DNA from: Macrostomum lignano
Lineage: Eukaryota
Reading direction: 5' to 3'
NCBI GenBank assembly: GCA_002269645.1
Contig: NIVC01001604.1
Coordinates: forward strand, 1 to 64,000
DNA length: 64,000 nt
Each line of letters opens with the position of its first letter. The first letter of the stretch is position 1. Of the stretch, positions 10,385 through 18,101 are shown in pieces. A program made the translations under genes and the position numbers. The notes under the pieces are model-generated. The model saw only the letters and a list, made by a program, of their open reading frames with translations, did no database searches and was not told the origin of the DNA.

Positions 10385-10904
10385 GCCCTTCTCTTTTCCT
10401 GCTTTAATAGGAAAATAAAGATGGCAAAACATCTTTTGAACTATGTTCTGCTGGCCTCCAACATAAAGAACATCCTTTTGTTTGTTGGAGTCAAAACATA
10501 TACTATTGATAAGTCTTTTTTTACTTTGTGACATAATTACTATAAAAAGCTAGCATGATCTTACTAAAAACCACTACTTAACTACCTCTGTTATGCTCTG
10601 ATGGGGTGGGTGTTGATTTCAACGGTGAAGAGTTTGTATTGACGTTGATCATTGAGAGAATGTGAGAAAATGCGTTCCCCTTTTAAGTATGCTTGCCGAG
10701 AATAGAGTGGTATGAAAAAATGCGCGCATGTGTACTCAAAATCTCTTACCCCATTCTGGTAGTATGAGGGCGTGGGCCTCGCGTGCGTGGGAGAGAGGGG
10801 AGTGTATGTGTGTGGGCGCAGCACGCGTGGGGGAGAGAGATTTTCACTTTAACTGAGCCCAGCCGAGGAAGAATTCCGTCTCGAGGGAAGGCCAGAATGC
10901 AAAG

Positions 10905-11050
10905 GATTTCGGCCTCGCGCGAGGCCAAAATGAAAACGATTTCGGCCTCGGGCGAGGCCAGAATGCAAACGATTTTGGCCTCGGGCGAGGCCAAAATGAA
11001 AAGGATTTTGGCCTCGGGCGAGGCCAGAATGAAAACGATTTTGGCCTTTC
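10905..11050. repeat. 33-bp tandem repeat x~4.5, each unit containing the palindrome GGCCTCG(C/G)GCGAGGCC
   Basis: Directly visible, e.g. units starting near 10908 and 10941; the first palindrome GGCCTCGCGCGAGGCC is perfect. Confidence 0.9.
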
Positions 11051-11056
11051 AGTTTT

Positions 11057-11299
11057 TTAACGCAATTGTCTAATGATTTCTGCAAAGTTATAGTAGCTGT
11101 CATAATCTTTTACATAGGTTACTCCATACTTATGAAACCAGTGTCTTTGGAGAGCTAGATTAATATTAGGGACATTGATATCAACGTCGGGCCAATATTT
11201 TCTCATGTACTCGCTGCATTCTAGTTTGCATCGGTACTTGGATTTGTACAATGGATGAGGCTGAGTATAATAGGAACCTGGAGAGACAACTGGAAACAT
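11057..11299 (-). CDS. Small orphan Tyr-rich Polinton protein (80 aa)
   Basis: ATG in the same ATAAAAAATG context as other element genes; intact in both copies; no recognisable motif. Confidence 0.55.
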   Translation of the reverse strand: MFPVVSPGSYYTQPHPLYKSKYRCKLECSEYMRKYWPDVDINVPNINLALQRHWFHKYGVTYVKDYDSYYNFAEIIRQLR

Positions 11300-11499
11300 T
11301 TTTTATTGAGAATTTAATTTTTTCAAAGGGTAAGGACCCTGGGTTAGGGGATTTAAAGTTTTAGGGATGTGGTAGCACGTTGCAAATTGAATGTGGGGAG
11401 AAGAATACAGATTATTTTCTGATTGTTTCTGGGTGGATGTTAGTGGATTATGTCAGTGTCAGTGAGTATAACAGGTGTTAGTGGACACTTGTTATGCTC

Positions 11500-11720
11500 T
11501 GATTCTGTCAGGGATAATATGGATGGATTTAATACGATTATGTTCGAAGTTTTCGGAGCAAGTGCGACCCCTCCCCTTTTTCATGATTCTGTCGGGGATA
11601 ATATGGATGGATTTAATGGGATTATAGAGGAGGTTTTGTGAGCGAGTGCGACCCCCCTTTTTTTCTGATTCTGTCAGGGATAATATGGATGGATTTAGGT
11701 GGATTATGGAGGAGGTGAAA
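11500..11720. repeat. ~83-bp subterminal repeat x~2.6 (TGATTCTGTCAGGGATAATATGGATGGATTTA...)
   Basis: Unit starts at 11500, 11584 and 11666, just inside the probable terminus. Confidence 0.85.
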
Positions 11721-12359
11721 AATTTTGTCCCAGAAGCCCCCTCATGCCTTCTACTCGACAATAATGCAAATTGTACGTTAATTGCCGAGTTTTTCCGCTT
11801 TAATAATGATTTCAGCTATATTTTTGCAGTTATTAATTTTTAAGACCTAGAAGCATTGAAATATAAACATCAGTTTTTCAACATGCATGCTTTCACTCCG
11901 AAGTGCATCGCATCGCGGCATGAATGCCAAGATAAAACATCTCTATATATGGTCTGTAAATCCATTCTAACACAAATATTGTTTCTAGCAATAAAGCATG
12001 CTTGAACCTTGGCTTTTGATGCGCTGTTCGAGATCGTGACAATTTTAGCTTCGATATGAAGCTCTGCCAGACATCCGAATTCTACATGTATGGTTGCGAT
12101 TTCAGGGGCCGGTTTTAACCTGCTCTGTAATCGTGTTTAGCCGACGGGGCCGCCCCCTCCGCCCGTCTGTGCGTGCGGCCCGCGCGTGTGCATCCCTGCC
12201 GCAAGGTGGGGTGCTGGGTGCCGGCCGGCAGGCGGGGGTGTTGGGTTGGGGGTGGGCGGCGTCGGCCCCCTTTTATTTGTGCGCTCACGCTCTCTCGTGC
12301 GCGCTGCGAGAGCGCTTTGGCTCGTAAAATTTTTTTGCGACTATCTGGCTCTGGCTATC

Positions 12360-13381
12360 ATGCATCGCGTCGTGTGGACCGACTAACAGTCAAACAACTC
12401 AAGAGTGAGCTGGGTAGCCGAGGCCTCTCAACCGCAGGCAATAAGTCGGCCTTGCAAGCCAGACTGAGACAACACGAGGGGCAGTCACAGCTTCAAGACG
12501 GCGGGACATCGGCATTGACATCGGCATCGGCATCGCCCTGTGCGCAGGAGGAGCTCCAAGACCAAGGCCGGTACCCACGGGAGGCGGACCTGGACGGCGA
12601 GATTCGGCGGGCGCAGAAACGGCTGCAGCTCCTAGAGCTTCAAACACGCGAGCGAGAGCTTCGTGAACGCGCCGTCGTGACTGCTCGTACAGAATCAGGT
12701 GAGCAGCAGAATCTTTTCGCTGAACTTATCAACCCAACAGGCCCCGTCAGCGCTAGAGCCAACCCCCGGCCGGTCGGGCAGCCGTGTCTACTCGTCAGAG
12801 ACTTTGTCGATGATCTGTCAGGCCAGGCTGACGAGCTGCTCACCAGGGGCAGCTCTGGCGGCCTCGTGCTCAAGAAGTCGACGACCAAGCTGGACGGCAT
12901 GACAATTGGGCAGTGGTTCGCCGGCAGTATGAAGGTCCTGCTTCAGATACTTGAAGACACAGCGCCGCAGCTGACCAGCAAGGGCCAAGTGTACAGCACA
13001 ACTGAGCAAGTCAAAGATTACGCCCAGTACAATGTCCAGGTGGCCGAGCTATTCGACAGATTCCCAGCGCACCGGGTGATCAGATTCGACCATGACTACC
13101 GCCAGCACCGCGCAGCCAACAGCCTTCGCTGGGGCAAAGACTGCGCCCAGATGTCGATCAGGCACCTGCTCAGCATTAAGACGGACCAGTACAATCAGAC
13201 AGCCAAGCGAAACCAGCCTAGCAACAAGAGCCGCGTCATGGGTCCGCGGACATCCTCAGGCCGCGAGCTGTGCTTGTCCTTCAACAGCACCAACGGCTGC
13301 ATGAGGAGCAACTGCCGATTCCTCCATGCCTGCCGAATCTGTGAGGGCAGCCACTCCGAGCAAAATCACGCAAAAAACTGA
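12360..13381 (+). CDS. gag: Gag-like ORF1 with an N-terminal SAP domain and C-terminal CCCH-type zinc finger
   Basis: LTVKQLKSELGSRGLSTAGNKSALQARL (SAP) and CLSFNSTNGCMRSNCRFLHACRICEGSH. The ATG at 12360 is one base out of frame (ATGCATCG vs expected ATGGCATCG = MASRR). Confidence 0.8.
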
Positions 13382-13455
13382 GCAAGCGCGCCGACACGGC
13401 GCGCGAAACCGATTTTACCCCTCCTGCTTTTAACTGCCTCGCTCAGCCCGCTCCC

Positions 13456-16017
13456 GTGCCCTGCATCGTCAAGCCTCCAGTGCGGATGTCCGATCTGACG
13501 CAGCCAGTGGGCGATCTCTGCATCGACGCCTGGCGCTCCGAGCTTGTGGGCGACCCCGACGCTGATTTTATTCTCGACGGCATCGAGAGCGGCTTCTCCA
13601 TTGTCGATGACTTCGACTTTACGCCGTGTCTCTGCAGCAACTACCAGTCCGTCAACCGGAATCGCGACCAAGTCCAAGCTGTTATCGGTGAAGAAATCCG
13701 GCTCGGGAGGTACGTCCCAGTCGTGGACAAGCCTGCGATGGTCTGTCCGCTGGGAGCCATTCCGAAAGACAGCTCCGGCATCCGGCTAATCCATGATTGC
13801 TCCGTCCCTCGCGGCTGCAGCCTGAACGATCACTATGCCCAACAACGGCGTCTCCGCTTCACCTCCGTCGACGAGGCCGTCAGGATGATGCAGCCCGGCT
13901 GGTTTATGGCAAAGGTGGACATCGCGTCAGCCTACCGCAGCGTGCCAATTTCTCCGCAGTGCTACCAAGCCACCGGCATCCACTGGGACTTCGGCAATGG
14001 CTGCTCAACCTTCCTGGTGGATACGCGGTTACCATTCGGCAGCAGAGCCTCCGTCAGCATTTTCCATCGCCTCACGCAAGCGGCCCGGCGAATGATGTGT
14101 CGCAAGGGGTTCCTGGCAACCGTCGTTTTCATCGATGACTTCCTCGTCATGGCCAGGACGAAAGCCGAGTGTGACAGGGCCTACCACGAGCTGCGCAACC
14201 TGCTCACCAGGCTTGGCTTCACCATCAACGAGAAAAAGTCGGTGCCGCCGACGACAAAGCTGCGATTCCTCGGCATTGACATCGACACCGTGCAAGCCAG
14301 TCTTTCCTTCCCAGCCGACAAAGCCGAAAAGCTTCAGCTTCTCCTTGACACCTGCCTCTCGCGGAGGAGCCTGTGCAAGGCGGAACTGCAGAAGCTGCTC
14401 GGGCACCTCAGCCACTTGTGCACTGCCGCCCAGCACGGGCGAACTTTCCTGCGGCCGCTGATCGAGCTGGTCAACAGCCTGGCGCATCCGTCCGACAGGG
14501 TCGGCGTCACGGAGGAGCTCCAGTCGCAGCTGAGGTGGTGGATGACCGCGTTGAGCACGCTGCCGCCTAGAGCTGCCTGGCCCTCGCGTCGGCCGGCTGG
14601 TGCGATTGAGTCTGACGCCTGTGACATTGGAGGCGGTGCTGTGCTGCATTTCGTCGACAGAGAACCGGTTTGGCTCTACATCGACTGGCAGTCCGACTGT
14701 GATGGCGCGTTCAAGGAGCTGCACATCAACTTCAAGGAGTGCGCCGCCCCGCTGGTTGCGATTCTGCAGCACCAAGAAGCCTTCAGCGGCTGCTCGGTTG
14801 CAGTCTACACTGACAGCACCGCCGCCTGCGGCATCATTAACTCGGGTTCCGCCAAGCACCAAGGTATTGCCGACCTGCAGAAGCGCGTCGCCCTGACCTG
14901 CATTCAACGCGACATCATCGTCCGCGCGCACCATGTGCCTGGCCGCTTCCAGCTGCTCGCAGACCCGCTGTCCAGAGCGCATGACCCCAGCCAGCTTGCC
15001 AACTTTCTGTTTCGCTTCTATGGCACCTGCTATGTGCCAACCAGCTTGCTTGCCTCCGCTTGCTTGAGCTCTGCCGCTGCCTCCCACCTTCTGTTTCAGG
15101 TCCGCCTCCTGTGGTCCCGGGTCCCGGCCTCTCCGCACCGGCACGTCGACTGCTCAGCCAAGGCTTCGCCAGCTCAACTCGCTCCGCCTACGCCAGCCAG
15201 TGCGCGTCCTGGATGCGATTCTGCGCCGCCCACAGACTTCAACCGCTGTCAGCGCAGCCCGCCGACGTGTGCAACTACCTGGCGGAGCTGGCGAACAACC
15301 GGCTGTTCTCAGTCAGCAGCCTATCCTGCCACCTCGCCGCCGTGTCTTGGCTCTACAAATCAAACAGCGTGGCTGACCCGACGAGGCAGCCACTGGTTCA
15401 GCTTGCCCTGCGCGGCGCCCGCCGGCTCCTCGGCGCCGCCCCAAGGAGCAAACGAGCGTTGCGGCCGGCCGACCTGCAGCGGCTGCACGGCGTGCTGCGA
15501 CCTGAAGAGCCCAGGGACTGCGCATTCTGGTGCGCCTGCATCGTGGGCTGGTGGGCCATGCTACGGCGAGCCAACCTGTGCGTATCCGGCCGGTTCGATC
15601 CGCAGCGAGACCTCAGTGCGAGCTGCATCCGGCCGTCAAGGGCGGGCGTCATCCTCGTCATTCCGAGGTCGAAGACCAACCAGTTCGGGGCGCGCCAGCA
15701 CCGAGTTTTCTTGCCGCAGCTCCCAGACGGACATCCACTCTGCCCGGTCACCGCGCTCCAGAAGCAGCTGCGCATTAACCGACCGCAGGACGCCCAGCAT
15801 CACTTGTTCAGTACCCGAACCAGACGGTCCACCGCACCGCTCACCGCGCGCACCTTCGCGAGGCGCCTGTCCGCGGCACTTCGACAGGCCGGGTTCGCCG
15901 AGCCAGCCAGGTTCTCTGGGCACTCGTTGCGTCGAGGTGGCGCTACATCCGCGGCGGAGGCCGGCATCCCCATCGATTCAATCATGCGAGTCGGTGACTG
16001 GGCAAGCAGCGCTGTAG
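13456..16017 (+). CDS. Reverse transcriptase-RNase H (ORF2); C-terminal part overlaps the YR ORF
   Basis: RLIHDCS, KVDIASAY, LPFGSRAS, FIDDFL, RFLGIDID; RNase H ESDACDIGGGA, YTDST, HVPG...ADPLSR. Confidence 0.93.
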   Translation: MPCIVKPPVRMSDLTQPVGDLCIDAWRSELVGDPDADFILDGIESGFSIVDDFDFTPCLCSNYQSVNRNRDQVQAVIGEEIRLGRYVPVVDKPAMVCPLGAIPKDSSGIRLIHDCSVPRGCSLNDHYAQQRRLRFTSVDEAVRMMQPGWFMAKVDIASAYRSVPISPQCYQATGIHWDFGNGCSTFLVDTRLPFGSRASVSIFHRLTQAARRMMCRKGFLATVVFIDDFLVMARTKAECDRAYHELRNLLTRLGFTINEKKSVPPTTKLRFLGIDIDTVQASLSFPADKAEKLQLLLDTCLSRRSLCKAELQKLLGHLSHLCTAAQHGRTFLRPLIELVNSLAHPSDRVGVTEELQSQLRWWMTALSTLPPRAAWPSRRPAGAIESDACDIGGGAVLHFVDREPVWLYIDWQSDCDGAFKELHINFKECAAPLVAILQHQEAFSGCSVAVYTDSTAACGIINSGSAKHQGIADLQKRVALTCIQRDIIVRAHHVPGRFQLLADPLSRAHDPSQLANFLFRFYGTCYVPTSLLASACLSSAAASHLLFQVRLLWSRVPASPHRHVDCSAKASPAQLAPPTPASARPGCDSAPPTDFNRCQRSPPTCATTWRSWRTTGCSQSAAYPATSPPCLGSTNQTAWLTRRGSHWFSLPCAAPAGSSAPPQGANERCGRPTCSGCTACCDLKSPGTAHSGAPASWAGGPCYGEPTCAYPAGSIRSETSVRAASGRQGRASSSSFRGRRPTSSGRASTEFSCRSSQTDIHSARSPRSRSSCALTDRRTPSITCSVPEPDGPPHRSPRAPSRGACPRHFDRPGSPSQPGSLGTRCVEVALHPRRRPASPSIQSCESVTGQAAL

Positions 16018-16088
16018 AGCGGTACCTACCGCCTTCGGTTGAGCGCGGTGCGCCGCTGCGCCTGGCTTCACTCCTCCCCTCAGCGTGA
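15060..16088 (+). CDS. Tyrosine recombinase (ORF3)
   Basis: SAM-like N-domain STRSAY; catalytic residues LRRANL (R), RSKTNQ (K), HSLRRGG (HxxR), GDW...ERY (W/Y). Confidence 0.95.
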   Translation: MLELCRCLPPSVSGPPPVVPGPGLSAPARRLLSQGFASSTRSAYASQCASWMRFCAAHRLQPLSAQPADVCNYLAELANNRLFSVSSLSCHLAAVSWLYKSNSVADPTRQPLVQLALRGARRLLGAAPRSKRALRPADLQRLHGVLRPEEPRDCAFWCACIVGWWAMLRRANLCVSGRFDPQRDLSASCIRPSRAGVILVIPRSKTNQFGARQHRVFLPQLPDGHPLCPVTALQKQLRINRPQDAQHHLFSTRTRRSTAPLTARTFARRLSAALRQAGFAEPARFSGHSLRRGGATSAAEAGIPIDSIMRVGDWASSAVERYLPPSVERGAPLRLASLLPSA

Positions 16089-16176
16089 CCTCCTCCCTGG
16101 TTTGGGTTTTTTGGACTCGTTTCGTCCGCTGCCTTTGTCGCCACGCCTGTGCCTTCCCTCTTGCTGCTTTTGGCAG

Positions 16177-16858
16177 ACTGAATAAAAACAGACTGAAAGC
16201 CCTAGAGCGCTCCATGCACCAGTTGCAAATAAACATGGAAGATCTCAGGCTTAAAGTAGCTAGGCAGAAGTTTGAAAGTGATAAGCTTTATGTGCCGTTG
16301 TTAAACGCAACTAATGAACTTAGGTCAGAAATAACTTCGGCAGTCTCGCAAATCAACAGCTTAAGATCGACAGTTAATCTTCTGGGAAATTCCACTGATA
16401 GACGGATGCGTATTCTTGAAGGAGGAGTTTTCACAAACACAGCTAAAGTGAATAATTTAGAAGAGTTCATGAACCAGTCAACAGCGTTGCATGATAGAAT
16501 TAAAGAAAACGTCGCAACCAACACAGGTAAAGTGAGGAATTTAGAAGAGTTCATGACTCAGTCAACAGCGTTGCATGATCGAATCAAAGAAAGACTTGAA
16601 GCATTAAAGAGAAAGGATGTATCACACAGTAGCTATCTAAACGGAATGTATAGCGCTTGGGGTAAAATAATAAGGAGGCTTGATCGTCTGGAGAGAACAC
16701 TCAATCTTCGTGATATTGCTATTGATGAAGCAGAATCTACTGCTCGTCCGGTCATGTCTATTAATGAAATTATCGAATTTCATGAAAATCAAATCAAATC
16801 AAAAGAAAACAGATCTTTTTTTCAAAACAATAGATCTTCAAACCGGATAGTTTTGTAA
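16177..16858 (+). pseudogene. 5'-truncated copy of the coiled-coil gene, fused in frame to the Ngaro 3' end
   Basis: ORF 16085..16858 starts in Ngaro sequence and becomes identical to the 1579-2251 protein; an extra T in a homopolymer alters the C-terminus. Confidence 0.7.
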
Positions 16859-16882
16859 TTTTTTTATTTTTTCTAGGGAAAA

Positions 16883-17611
16883 ATGGCCCAACAAAATTCT
16901 CTATACGATCAGTCTCAATACGTTGAACCTAAAATACCGACAGCACCAAACCCAATGGCACCGAATTCGAACACACAAAGCCTGAATGCACCGAATCTGA
17001 ATGCACCTCAATATGAGCAACAAAAACTCTACCCCGTCATTACTTGTAACTCTCAGCAGTTTCGATTGGTGGAGATTCAAAAAATGCGAGATGATCTTGA
17101 AAAAAATATTTTCCACAACACAAAGAAAATTAAGCGCTATGACAGCCACTGTAAATTTTTCGACTACAGCAATATGATTCTAGGAACTGTGTCTGTTCTA
17201 TCTGGATCTGCTGCAGCTGTCTCAACGTTGCCAGTCATCACAGCCCCAATCGCAATCCCACTCGGCTCTGTGGGTGCTGCATGTGGACTTATTTCAGCAA
17301 TTACTGGAGCATTAGCGCGAAACAGGCGAAAAAAACTAAAACAGCTACAGGAGAAGCAAGTAAAAGAGAAAGGGGTGCACACTTCAATCATAGGGTACAT
17401 TTCAAGGGCAATCGAGGATAAGTTCATTTCAGAGGATGAGTTCAAAACCATTCAGGATCTTTATGAACAATCAATTCGAATGAACTTGAACATGGTCGGT
17501 ACTGATGACATGAGTCAGCTGAGAAATGAACTCGAGAAAGTTCTTCAACATTATGCGGAAAGAAGGACAACGAGAAATTCGGTAAGAAGGACGACGAGAA
17601 ATGCACAATGA
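16883..17611 (+). CDS. GasderminX-like membrane protein, copy 2
   Basis: Translation identical to 2284..3012. Confidence 0.65.
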   Translation: MAQQNSLYDQSQYVEPKIPTAPNPMAPNSNTQSLNAPNLNAPQYEQQKLYPVITCNSQQFRLVEIQKMRDDLEKNIFHNTKKIKRYDSHCKFFDYSNMILGTVSVLSGSAAAVSTLPVITAPIAIPLGSVGAACGLISAITGALARNRRKKLKQLQEKQVKEKGVHTSIIGYISRAIEDKFISEDEFKTIQDLYEQSIRMNLNMVGTDDMSQLRNELEKVLQHYAERRTTRNSVRRTTRNAQ

Positions 17612-17615
17612 ACCC

Positions 17616-18017
17616 CTATGAAACACAGGTACGAATAATTTCCTTGTAGGTCTTTCGTGTTTTGGTCATTGCATACAAAACAGTCGTGCACAGCTCACCG
17701 CAAATATCACTGCTAAGACCTTGGAGAATAAAGTCTGAGCGATAAATTTTTTTATTCTTTTTTCCCTTCATATAATTTCTAAGCTCTTCTGGTACTGCCG
17801 TCCCATAGCTATCGAAGTAATAACACTTGTGCTTGCGATCGGGATCAATCACCCAGCAAACCCAATGAGATCCTGGCTTATCGGCGGTGTCAAAGTTCAT
17901 GATGCCGCATTCCTTTCTTAGAGGAAAATCAGGCAGAGTGTCCCTCATAAATATTCCTCTAAAGTTTGGGATTTCCAGTTCGTTAGCCAAATCTTCAAGA
18001 AAGTTATTTGTTGTCAT
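17616..18017 (-). CDS. Adenain-like cysteine protease, copy 2 (intact, 133 aa from ATG 18017)
   Basis: HWV, FDSYG and QGLSSDICGELC in one frame. Confidence 0.93.
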   Translation of the reverse strand: MTTNNFLEDLANELEIPNFRGIFMRDTLPDFPLRKECGIMNFDTADKPGSHWVCWVIDPDRKHKCYYFDSYGTAVPEELRNYMKGKKNKKIYRSDFILQGLSSDICGELCTTVLYAMTKTRKTYKEIIRTCVS

Positions 18018-18101
18018 TTTTATGTCATTTTTTATGAGGTTTATTAAACTTTCTCTCAAACCTAAACCCAATCTCAACCTCCTAAACCTAAACTCCACCT
18101 C

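Larger units (their letters stand above)
1..11755. mobile_element. Polinton/Maverick (adintovirus-like) element, copy 1; right portion only, left end outside the window
   Basis: Co-located packaging ATPase, adenain protease, protein-primed PolB and rve integrase, the diagnostic Polinton gene set. Probable right terminus ...GCCTTCTACT at 11755 (AGTAG on the minus strand, Polinton-type end), followed by AT-rich host-like DNA. The terminus is inferred because the left TIR cannot be compared. Confidence 0.93.
1579..12092. repeat. 10.5-kb direct segmental duplication, copy A (partner 16177-26704)
   Basis: Identity begins at ACTGAATAAAAAC (1579 = 16177) and ends at CTACATGTATG (12092 = 26704). Differences are mainly 1-bp indels plus a few substitutions. 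Confidence 0.97.
12093..16176 (+). mobile_element. Tyrosine-recombinase retrotransposon (Ngaro-like DIRS order), apparently lacking 3' terminal repeats
   Basis: GC-rich block with gag, RT/RNase H and overlapping YR ORFs; no methyltransferase motif seen. Boundaries defined by comparison with the duplicated flanks. Confidence 0.92.

Noticed and set aside
10262-10534. 90-aa minus-strand ORF overlapping the RING gene
   Set aside because: Almost half is antisense to the RING exon and it has no motif; it is intact in both copies only because the duplication is recent.
11335-11375. TTAGGG-like motifs as telomeric repeats
   Set aside because: Isolated and degenerate, with no tandem array.
15110-16017. 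C-terminal ~300 aa of the RT ORF as a novel overlapping domain
   Set aside because: Low-complexity Pro/Ser/Ala/Arg text in the alternative frame of the GC-rich YR gene. Long RT/YR overlaps are known in DIRS-order elements and no motif is visible.
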